A stretch of 64,000 nt of DNA from IMG/VR virus record IMGVR_UViG_3300032223_001420, positions 1-64,000 of that record; one strand, 5' to 3'. The notes under the pieces are model-generated. The model worked only from the letters and a program-made list of their open reading frames with translations. It was not told where the DNA came from and ran no database searches. Source of the DNA: a virus. This document shows positions 56,197 through 64,000 of the stretch, in pieces. The position numbers were made by a program, and so were the translations under genes. Each line of letters opens with the position of its first letter. Within the stretch, counting starts at the first letter, position 1.

Positions 56197-56589
56197 ATGA
56201 GTTACATAGGAAACCAAGTCAAGTCAGTACCATACATCACTGATGTTTTTAGTGGAGCAGGTGGCACATCGTTTGGACCACTTACGATTGTACCAGCCAG
56301 CCCCGCTTCAGTTATGATATTTGTTGGTGGTGTATATCAACGACCAACATTAGATTATACACTGAGTGTTGACTATGTAAACTTTGTATCCGCACCAACA
56401 TCAGGAACAAACAATATTGTCATTCATCATATTGGATATGGTTACATGTCAACCCAAGTTCCTGCTGATGGAACAGTAACCGCACCAAAATTAGGTGTAC
56501 AGTCGATCTATTCAAACAATTTTTCAACACAAGCAAATTCAACAATCACAGGAAAATCAGTAGCGATGGCTATTGTATTCGGAGGATAA
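56197..56589 (+). CDS. Virion adaptor protein (MSYIGN type), paralog 2
   Basis: Paralog of 52315; VGGVYQ.P..DY, F.SAP.SGT.NI, C-terminal AMAIVFGG. Confidence 0.7.
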   Translation: MSYIGNQVKSVPYITDVFSGAGGTSFGPLTIVPASPASVMIFVGGVYQRPTLDYTLSVDYVNFVSAPTSGTNNIVIHHIGYGYMSTQVPADGTVTAPKLGVQSIYSNNFSTQANSTITGKSVAMAIVFGG

Positions 56590-56594
56590 AATAA

Positions 56595-56990
56595 ATGGCA
56601 GCACCAAATATCGTCGCAGTTTCAACCATTAATGGTAAATCAAATGTTGCCAACGTAACCACAGTTACTTCGAACGTTGTTGTGAATGCAATAGGATCAG
56701 GTAAAGTATTTAAGATTAATACGATCTATATTTCTAATGTTGATGGTACAAATTCTGGTAATATTACTGTTGGTCTTTATAAAGCAGGTAACACTGGTTC
56801 ACAAAGGTCTGCTGACGGCACACTTTCAAATACAGTATTTTCACTTGCTAACGTAGTTACTGTTCCTGCTAAATCAACACTTGATCTTCTAAGTAAAACT
56901 CTTTATTTGGAAGAAGGAGATGTAATTACTGTCAAAGGCGATTCAAATAATCGTATGCATATGATTACATCATTCGAGGAACTAAGCTAA
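56595..56990 (+). CDS. Small beta-sandwich virion connector, paralog 3
   Basis: MAAPNIV.V..I.G...KIN.I..SNVDG...VPA.STL......YLEEGD......SFEE. Confidence 0.7.
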   Translation: MAAPNIVAVSTINGKSNVANVTTVTSNVVVNAIGSGKVFKINTIYISNVDGTNSGNITVGLYKAGNTGSQRSADGTLSNTVFSLANVVTVPAKSTLDLLSKTLYLEEGDVITVKGDSNNRMHMITSFEELS

Positions 56991-56991
56991 G

Positions 56992-59508
56992 ATGCCACTT
57001 GGTTTAAATGGTGGTATAATTGGTGTATTAAATTCATCCACAAAAGCTGGCGGGGCATCTGGTCTTTGGTCGCACAGTGAAGTTGGTATCAATAGATTAC
57101 AAGGATTGTGGCCAGACCCAACCAGTGTAGTTCGCACATTTACATCATCGACTACGTGGACCGCTCCAGGTGCAGTAACGATTGATTATTTCGTTGTTGC
57201 TGGTGGTGGCGGTGGAGCATCTGGCGCAGCAGGACCAGGTAATGCTGGCGGTGGTGGAGGTGGCGGTGCTGGTGGTTATCTCTCGGGCACTGGGTTACCA
57301 ATATCATCCGGACAAACATATACGATTGCAGTTGGTTCGGGTGGTGCAGGAGGAACAGCACCACCCGCCAATTTTAGTAACTATGGAAGTAACGGAACAA
57401 ACTCTGGTATATTTGTTACATCATCTGGTGCAAATTTAATTCCTTCTTGGGCATATGGTGGTGGCGGTGGTGCTGGTGGAGATGCAACACCCACAAGCAT
57501 TGGTTATTCTGGTGGTTCAGGTGGTGGTGGAAATTCTAACGGTCCAGCCGCAGGTAAAGGAATTTATCCTGGCTCGGCTTTCATAGATGCTCCTAGACAA
57601 GGTTATGATGGAGGTACTGGTAGTACCGCAGGAGGCGCAGGTGGTGGTGCGGGTGCAGCCGCACTTTCTCCAGGTGGCGGAAATTTTACAACTATTCCTG
57701 GTGGTTTGGGAGTATATAACTCACTCGTTGGTTCAAACACGTATTATGCTGTTGGTGGTGACGGTGGTCGAAATGATTTCCCTTCACCCACTTTAACAGG
57801 TGCGACCGCTGCCAGTTCGACTGGTTCTGGTGGAGGTGGAGGAGGACAAGGAGGTGGCGGTGCATATTTAGGTGGTGCTGGTGGTTCGGGTATTATCGTA
57901 CTCAAATATTCTTTGAACCCCACACTAAATTCCACTCCAATGGTTTTTTCAAATACAAGTCAACTTGTTATTCCAGATGGCGTAACATCTATAGATTATT
58001 TAATTGTTGCTGGTGGTGGAGGCGCTGATTCTGGTGGCGGTGGTGGCGGTGGTTTAATAACAGGAACAGGTTTTCCTGTAACCCCAAATCAATCATATAC
58101 TGTCGTTGTAGGTGCCGGAGGAGCAGGCGGTCGTAATGGTGGTGGATCAGGACCTTTATCCACTGCTGGTGGTAATTCAAGTTTTTCATCACTGTGGACA
58201 CATGGTGGAGGTAGAGGAGGTTCTAGTAATTCACCAAACTATCTAGGCGGTGTTGGTGGTTCTGGTGGTGGTTCGGGTCAAGCACTTTCTCCACCATCTG
58301 GTGGTGGAACATTTAATGGTGGAGCAGCGAATTCTGTAGTAGTCCAAGGCTATGCTGGTGGTCAAGGTGGAACTGATAACGGTTCATATCGTTATTCTGG
58401 TGGAGGTGGCGGGGCGGGTGCTGTTGGTGGCAATGGCACATCAACTGGTGGTGGAGTTGGTGGAAATGGTGGAGCAGGATTATTATCATCTTTATCTGGT
58501 ACACCAACGTATTATGCTGGCGGAGGTGGTGGAAAAGGTGATTCTCCAACTGGTCAATCAACAGGCGGCACAGGTGGCGGTGGTGCTGGTGCATTAGGAC
58601 CTACTGGAAATGGAAGTAGTGGTACTGCTTCAACCGGTGGCGGTGCGGGCGGTCAAAATTCAGGCAGTGCATATGGTGGTAATGGTGGTTCTGGTGTTGT
58701 TGTTATTAGATTTTCTGGCACGAAGCCTAATGTTTTTTCTGTATTTACTAGCACATCTTCGTGGACTGTACCAACAGGAATTACAGGAATAAGTTATATG
58801 ATTGTTGGTGGTGGCGGTGGTGGAGGTGCAGGATTTTCTGGAGGTGGTGGCGGTGGCGGTGGATTCCGTACAGGAACATTTTTAGTAACTCCAGGTTCAA
58901 CATATACAGTTACAGTTGGCGCTGGTGGTGCAATTAATTCAGGTAATGGTTCCAATTCAGGAATCAGTGGTACTACAGGGTCCGTTTGGGCTGCTGGTGG
59001 GGGCGGTGGAGGTGGAACCGGTTCTGGTGCTCCTTCATTAGGATATGGTCAATCTGGTGGCTCTGGTGGCGGTAACGGAAGTAAAAATCCAGATGGTACT
59101 ACAGTCGGGCAAGGAAACTCACCATATACAACACCGGTACAAGGATACAATGGTAACACAGGTGGAACTCCAGGTGGTGTTGATTGGGGTGGTGGCGGTG
59201 GTGGTGCAGGTGGAGCCGGTGGCGGTGGCGGATACAACGGTGTCGGTCAAGGCGGTTTAAGTGTATTTTCTTCATTCTCTGGATCAAATACTTCATACGG
59301 TGGCGGTGGTGGTGCAGGAACAGCAAACGTTCCAGGTGGTTATGGAAATGGTGGCGGTGGTTCACAAGCTGCACCAATAGGAGATTTATCTGGTGGTAGT
59401 ACAGGTTCTCCAGGAATAACAAATTCTGGTGGTGGCGGTGGCGGGCAACCTCAAGCACCCAATATTGGTGCTGGTGGTTCTGGAATCGTTATCATCAAAG
59501 GATTATAA
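56992..59508 (+). CDS. Glycine-rich putative adhesin with three tandem Gly-rich domains
   Basis: N-terminal NGG.IG..N....SG.W...WP, then three Gly-rich domains. Confidence 0.8.
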   Translation: MPLGLNGGIIGVLNSSTKAGGASGLWSHSEVGINRLQGLWPDPTSVVRTFTSSTTWTAPGAVTIDYFVVAGGGGGASGAAGPGNAGGGGGGGAGGYLSGTGLPISSGQTYTIAVGSGGAGGTAPPANFSNYGSNGTNSGIFVTSSGANLIPSWAYGGGGGAGGDATPTSIGYSGGSGGGGNSNGPAAGKGIYPGSAFIDAPRQGYDGGTGSTAGGAGGGAGAAALSPGGGNFTTIPGGLGVYNSLVGSNTYYAVGGDGGRNDFPSPTLTGATAASSTGSGGGGGGQGGGGAYLGGAGGSGIIVLKYSLNPTLNSTPMVFSNTSQLVIPDGVTSIDYLIVAGGGGADSGGGGGGGLITGTGFPVTPNQSYTVVVGAGGAGGRNGGGSGPLSTAGGNSSFSSLWTHGGGRGGSSNSPNYLGGVGGSGGGSGQALSPPSGGGTFNGGAANSVVVQGYAGGQGGTDNGSYRYSGGGGGAGAVGGNGTSTGGGVGGNGGAGLLSSLSGTPTYYAGGGGGKGDSPTGQSTGGTGGGGAGALGPTGNGSSGTASTGGGAGGQNSGSAYGGNGGSGVVVIRFSGTKPNVFSVFTSTSSWTVPTGITGISYMIVGGGGGGGAGFSGGGGGGGGFRTGTFLVTPGSTYTVTVGAGGAINSGNGSNSGISGTTGSVWAAGGGGGGGTGSGAPSLGYGQSGGSGGGNGSKNPDGTTVGQGNSPYTTPVQGYNGNTGGTPGGVDWGGGGGGAGGAGGGGGYNGVGQGGLSVFSSFSGSNTSYGGGGGAGTANVPGGYGNGGGGSQAAPIGDLSGGSTGSPGITNSGGGGGGQPQAPNIGAGGSGIVIIKGL

Positions 59509-61944
59509 ATGGCTAAAAGATTCAATGGTGGTTTAATTGGCACACCAAACTTAACAACAATCACTAGAGCTACTGGTATTTGGTCACTTGGTGATGTACG
59601 AAATAGTATTTTAACGAATTCATGGCCACAAGCAACTCCAGTCGTATATACATTTTTATCATCAACTACATTTCAGATACCTGCGGATGTAGGTGCTATA
59701 GACTATTTTATAGTTGCAGGTGGTGGTGCGGGTGGTGGGCAAGGTAATGGTATTGGTGGTGGCGGTGGTGGAGGTGGAGGTTATCTAACAGGTTTAGCTG
59801 TACCAGTTATTTCTGGTGCAACATATACTATCGCTGTCGGTTCTGGTGGTACAGGAACAAGCGCCCAAACACAAGGTGCCAATGGAGGTAACTCTGGCAT
59901 ATTTAATACAAGTTCTGGTACAACAGTAACACCGTGGGCAATTGGCGGTGGTGGAGGCGGTGGTGGTAATGGTGCCGCATCAAGTAATGGTTATGCTGGT
60001 GGTTCTGGTGGTGCTGCAAGTAATGGTAATGCTGGCGCAGGAACACCAGGTCAAGGTAATAACGGAGGTTCAGGAAATAATAGTGGAGCACCAAACTATC
60101 GACTATCTGGTGGTGGCGGTGCAGGAGCTATTGGGCAAGATGGTAATTTTGGTGGTGCTGGCGGCGCAGGAATTTATTCATCGTTCTCTGGTGCTAACGT
60201 AGCATACGCTGGAGGTGGTGGCGGTGGAGGTAATGGGGGTTCTGCTGCTGCTATCGCAATTGGTGGCGGTGGTATAGGTGGCGGTGGAAGTGCAAATACA
60301 AACACCGGTGGTGGTGGCGGTGGCGCACAAAATGGCGGTACCAGTGGCAATGGTGGTTCGGGTATCGTTATGATTAGATGCTATCAATATACCACTGATG
60401 CTCTTATATTTAATAACACAACTCAATTTACAATACCTTCTGGCATAACAGCAATCGATTATCTTGTTGTTGCTGGCGGTGGCGGTGGTGGTGCACAATA
60501 TGGAGGCGGTGGTGGCGGTGGAGGTGGTTATGTAGTTGGAAGCGCATTTCCGGTTTCTGGTACATTAAACATTGTTGTTGGTGCTGGCGGCACTGGAGGT
60601 GGAGCTGAACCAAATAGCGCACAAGGAACAAGAGGAGGTAACTCTTCAATAGCTGCAATTTCTTCGAATACCGCAATACTTGCTGTTGGTGGTGGATATG
60701 GGGGTCAAGGTGGCGCATATATTGCAGCCGGTGGCTCAGGTGGTTCTGGTGGAGGTGGAGGTGGTTTTGCTGGTGGTACAACAGCGATAGGTGGTATTGG
60801 ATTTTTAGGTCAAGGAAATAATGGTGGTAGTGGTTATGGAACTGCAAATTATGGCTCCGGTGGAGGTGGGGGTGCCGGTCAAGTAGGAACATCTGCAGTA
60901 ACAAATGCCCCAACATATAGTTCAGGAAAAGGTGGCGATGGACTATCATCATCATTATCTGGAACACCCACATATTATTCTGGAGGTGGTGGCGGTGGAG
61001 GTAATGGTGGTTCGGCAGCAGGTGGCTTAGGTGGTGGTGGAACTGGAGGTTCTTCTAGTAATCCCACAACACCCGCTCCTGGTTATTTTGGAACAACTGG
61101 TACACCAAATACTGGTGGCGGTGCTGGTGGTTCTGGAGGCAATTTGGGTGGTGTGAATGGTGGTTCGGGAATCGTAATCATTCGACCTTCATATTATCAG
61201 TCACAATATAAAACTGCTGTATTTACTACAACCACATCATGGGTTGCAACAACTTCATTAGTTGATTATCTTGTCGTTGCAGGCGGTGGTGGTGGCAATG
61301 AAGGCGGCGGCGGTGCAGGAGGTTTCTTAACTGGCACTGGAATGTCATTAACGCCAGGTCAATCGTACTCAGTTATAGTTGGTGCTGGTGGTAGTGGTGG
61401 ATCAGGAAGTTCGGTACTAGCAACAAACGGAGCAAACTCTTCATTTAATGGTATCAATTCTATTGGTGGTGGTTATGGTGGCGGTGGTACCAATGGTGGA
61501 GCTAATAATGGTGGTTCAGGTGGCGGTGCATCAGCATCAACACAAGGTGGTCCATATGCTGGAGGAATTGGAATACTAGGTCAAGGTCTTGGTGGTGGCG
61601 GTGGTATAAGTGTTTCTGGTGTAGGTAACTTTACTGGTGGTGGAGGTGGTGCTGGTGCTAACGGAGAACCAGGTATTGGTAGCACTAGATCAGGTAATGG
61701 TGGTATAGGTTTATCATCTTCTATATCTGGTATGCCAACTTATTACGCCGGCGGTGGTGGTGCTTGGGGTTCTCCTGGTACATTAACAACATCAGGAGGT
61801 ATAGGTGGTGGCGGCAGCGGCACTACCGTAAGAGGAGATTATACTAACGCAGGAACGCCAGGAACTGGTAGTGGTGGTGGCGGTAATCCAAATCCTGTTG
61901 GCGGCAATGGTGGTTCGGGTATAGTAATTCTCAGATGGACATAA
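59509..61944 (+). CDS. Glycine-rich putative adhesin with three tandem Gly-rich domains
   Basis: N-terminal NGG.IG..N....G.W...WP, then three Gly-rich domains. Confidence 0.8.
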   Translation: MAKRFNGGLIGTPNLTTITRATGIWSLGDVRNSILTNSWPQATPVVYTFLSSTTFQIPADVGAIDYFIVAGGGAGGGQGNGIGGGGGGGGGYLTGLAVPVISGATYTIAVGSGGTGTSAQTQGANGGNSGIFNTSSGTTVTPWAIGGGGGGGGNGAASSNGYAGGSGGAASNGNAGAGTPGQGNNGGSGNNSGAPNYRLSGGGGAGAIGQDGNFGGAGGAGIYSSFSGANVAYAGGGGGGGNGGSAAAIAIGGGGIGGGGSANTNTGGGGGGAQNGGTSGNGGSGIVMIRCYQYTTDALIFNNTTQFTIPSGITAIDYLVVAGGGGGGAQYGGGGGGGGGYVVGSAFPVSGTLNIVVGAGGTGGGAEPNSAQGTRGGNSSIAAISSNTAILAVGGGYGGQGGAYIAAGGSGGSGGGGGGFAGGTTAIGGIGFLGQGNNGGSGYGTANYGSGGGGGAGQVGTSAVTNAPTYSSGKGGDGLSSSLSGTPTYYSGGGGGGGNGGSAAGGLGGGGTGGSSSNPTTPAPGYFGTTGTPNTGGGAGGSGGNLGGVNGGSGIVIIRPSYYQSQYKTAVFTTTTSWVATTSLVDYLVVAGGGGGNEGGGGAGGFLTGTGMSLTPGQSYSVIVGAGGSGGSGSSVLATNGANSSFNGINSIGGGYGGGGTNGGANNGGSGGGASASTQGGPYAGGIGILGQGLGGGGGISVSGVGNFTGGGGGAGANGEPGIGSTRSGNGGIGLSSSISGMPTYYAGGGGAWGSPGTLTTSGGIGGGGSGTTVRGDYTNAGTPGTGSGGGGNPNPVGGNGGSGIVILRWT

Positions 61945-61994
61945 ATAAATAACTAAATAGATTGAAATAGTTTTTAACAAAGGGAGTTTTTTAG

Positions 61995-62378
61995 ATGGCA
62001 CATTTTGCACAACTTGATGATAATAATATTGTTACTCAGGTCATTGTTGTAGGTAACAATGAATTACTTGACGCCAATGGTCAAGAACGTGAAGAGCTTG
62101 GAGTGGCTTTTTGTCAACGACTATTTGGTGGTAATTGGAAACAAACATCATACAATCATAATTTGCGTTTTAGATATGCTGGTATTGGCTATCATTACAA
62201 CGCTGATCTTGATGCGTTTGTTCCACCAAAACCATTCCCATCATGGGTACTCGATAATACGACAGCGAATTGGAAAGCGCCAGTAGACTTGCCTTCTGAT
62301 GCTGGTACAGGTGAACCACCTAAAACTTATCATTGGGATGAAGCAACAACTTCATGGGTTGCAGATACAACAACATAA
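61995..62378 (+). CDS. Putative tail-fibre assembly chaperone
   Basis: MAHFA.LD.NN.V..V.V, WKQTSYN...R..YAGIG..Y....DAF..P.PF.SW.L....W.AP, Y.WDE. Confidence 0.7.
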   Translation: MAHFAQLDDNNIVTQVIVVGNNELLDANGQEREELGVAFCQRLFGGNWKQTSYNHNLRFRYAGIGYHYNADLDAFVPPKPFPSWVLDNTTANWKAPVDLPSDAGTGEPPKTYHWDEATTSWVADTTT

Positions 62379-62396
62379 GTTATTATCATTCAAAAT

Positions 62397-62424
62397 AAAC
62401 CCTGCTTCGGCAGGGTTTTTTATT
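62397..62424 (+). terminator. Rho-independent terminator
   Basis: AAACCCTGC-TTCG-GCAGGGTTT followed by a T-run. Confidence 0.88.
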
Positions 62425-62469
62425 AGGCAATTCTGGAATGACTAAATAAACGATTAGAAGGAGAATACA

Positions 62470-62805
62470 TTGGCTGCTTTTGTTGAGCTTACAATCGAAC
62501 AAGGTGCAAACTTAACATCATATGTCACAGTAAGTGATGATTATGGTGTAGGAATAAATTTGCAGACCTATTCAGCCACATCGATGCTTCGTAAATCTTA
62601 TTATTCTACAACAGCCGTGCCAATAACTGCAACTGTTACTGGTATTGCTAATGGTGAAATAACACTTTCCATGACCGCAGCAAACACGGCTAATCTTACT
62701 CCAGGACGCTATGTGTATGATTTATTGGTTACTGATTCGACAGACAATAAAGTCACAAGAGTAATAGAAGGAACAGCAGTGATTCTTCCATCGGCTACGA
62801 GGTAA
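62470..62805 (+). CDS. Conserved virion protein (Ig-like / BppU N-terminal-like)
   Basis: L.IEQGA, RKSY.S, G.I.L.......L..GRY.YD, R..EG...P; TTG start after a GGGAG SD. Confidence 0.7.
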   Translation: MAAFVELTIEQGANLTSYVTVSDDYGVGINLQTYSATSMLRKSYYSTTAVPITATVTGIANGEITLSMTAANTANLTPGRYVYDLLVTDSTDNKVTRVIEGTAVILPSATR

Positions 62806-62808
62806 GAT

Positions 62809-63030
62809 ATGGGCACAATTACAATTTTTCAACCAAATAGAACCACAATAACATCACCCAATTTTAAACCAACACCTAATGTTGCGTTTGCGGGTTTGAA
62901 TGATGTTAATACAATTGGTTTACAGAATGGATATACACTCATTTATAGTGCAGCAAACAGCAAGTATGAAATGAAAGCTGCACAAGAACTCACATCGTCG
63001 ATTACATCAATCGATGGTGGAACTTTCTAA
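62809..63030 (+). CDS. Small virion protein
   Basis: L.DV.....G..L.Y....KY, C-terminal IDGGTF. Confidence 0.7.
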   Translation: MGTITIFQPNRTTITSPNFKPTPNVAFAGLNDVNTIGLQNGYTLIYSAANSKYEMKAAQELTSSITSIDGGTF

Positions 63031-63038
63031 GAATCTAA

Positions 63039-64000
63039 ATGTCTAATACAGCTATTCAAATAAAACGCTCGACGGTTACCAGTGCGCCAACTAAGCTGAA
63101 TATTGGTGAGCTTGGCTATTCTTATACGAGTAATACTCTTTTTATTGGTAGTCGAGATGGTCAAGGATCATTAGCCGTTGGTGGTAATGCATTTATTGGC
63201 ATGTATCAAACGATGTATGATCGTTCGAACACTGCTTACACCACAGCGATTCAAGCATCAATTGATGTTGGCGCAGGATTTAGTCAAGCGAATGGTGCTT
63301 ACAATCAAGCCAATGCTGCTTATATTTCACAAAACACTACTGGTGTTGTTGCGAACTCTGCTGGCATTTATGCCAATGGTGCATTTGGAGCAGCCAATGC
63401 TGCTGGTTCTTATGCCAATGGTGCATTTATTAAAGCCAATTCTGCTTATCTGTCACAGAATGTAACTGGCTCATATGCAAACTCTGCTTATGCGAATGCT
63501 AATGCGGCATTCTCTCAAGCTAACTCAGCGTTTGCAAATGCGAATGCTTCTTTTGCACAAGCGAATGCTTCGTTCATTCAAGCTAACGGTGCATTCATAC
63601 AAGCGAACGCTGCTTATATTTCACAAAATACAACCGGCGCTGTTGCAAATTCTGCTGCAATATATGCTAATGGCGCATTCGTTACCGCTAATGCTGCTGG
63701 CGTTTATGCCAATGGCGCATTTGCTGCCGCTAACGTAGCTGGTACATATGCTAACGGTGCTTATGGTTTTGCGAATTCAGCTTCGTCGTATGCCAATGGT
63801 GCTTTTATTACAGCTAATGCAGCATCTTATTACGCAAACATCCCATCGTATGGTGCGAACTCAGCTTCGGCATATGCTAATGGTGCATTTGCAGCCGCTA
63901 ACGTATCGGGCATTTATGCGAATGGTGCTTATGGATTTGCAAACTCTGCTTCAGCATACGCCAATGGTGCTTTCGCTGCTGCAAACGTTGCTGGCATATA
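63039..64000 (+). CDS. Tail-fibre-like protein with a long ANxA heptad-repeat stalk (runs off the window)
   Basis: MSNTAIQIKRS.....P..L..GEL.YS....LFIG N-terminus, then more than 30 heptads such as YANGAF/AANVAG; open to the end. Confidence 0.8.
   Translation, partial: MSNTAIQIKRSTVTSAPTKLNIGELGYSYTSNTLFIGSRDGQGSLAVGGNAFIGMYQTMYDRSNTAYTTAIQASIDVGAGFSQANGAYNQANAAYISQNTTGVVANSAGIYANGAFGAANAAGSYANGAFIKANSAYLSQNVTGSYANSAYANANAAFSQANSAFANANASFAQANASFIQANGAFIQANAAYISQNTTGAVANSAAIYANGAFVTANAAGVYANGAFAAANVAGTYANGAYGFANSASSYANGAFITANAASYYANIPSYGANSASAYANGAFAAANVSGIYANGAYGFANSASAYANGAFAAANVAGI

Noticed and set aside
53590-60973. Many alternative-frame ORFs rich in His, Pro, Val or Trp over the Gly-rich genes
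   Set aside because: They are by-products of GGT/GGC codon runs that lack stops in other frames
53139-61944. Possible diversity-generating retroelement target/template repeats
   Set aside because: No reverse transcriptase is in the window, and no pair of ~100-nt repeats differing only at adenines was seen
1-64000. Alternative genetic code or stop-codon reassignment
   Set aside because: Core genes are intact under the standard code, and no suppressor anticodon occurs among the tRNAs seen

Overview
This 64 kb, AT-rich window is part of a large T4-like myovirus genome of the freshwater/cyanophage-like 'Far-T4' type. The host is probably a proteobacterium. Layout: (1) about 1-2.9 kb holds a tRNA cluster (Glu, Lys, Gln, Trp, Ser, Gly), an unannotated ~200-nt structured RNA, small early genes, a rubredoxin-like gene and an unannotated pqqA peptide. 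(2) About 4-21.8 kb holds rnh, a nucleotide-sugar/glycosyltransferase cluster, ClpP, DenV-like, PhoH and exonuclease genes, a circularly permuted two-piece tmRNA, a SleB-like hydrolase, gp33, gp59 and gp32. (3) About 21.8-30.1 kb (minus strand) holds three paralogous tape-measure/hub-like proteins carrying no enzyme, a lysozyme or an M23 peptidase. They are preceded by a gp26/gp51-like pair joined by a probable -1 frameshift, a tail-tube-like gene, gp2 and gp4. (4) About 30.2-51 kb holds the baseplate genes gp48, gp53, hub, gp5, PAAR, gp25, gp6, gp7, gp8 and a giant structural protein. (5) About 51-64 kb holds repeated adaptor/connector/glycine-rich adhesin/chaperone cassettes and a heptad-repeat fibre. 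All assignments come from motif recognition by eye; no database searches or folding programs were run.
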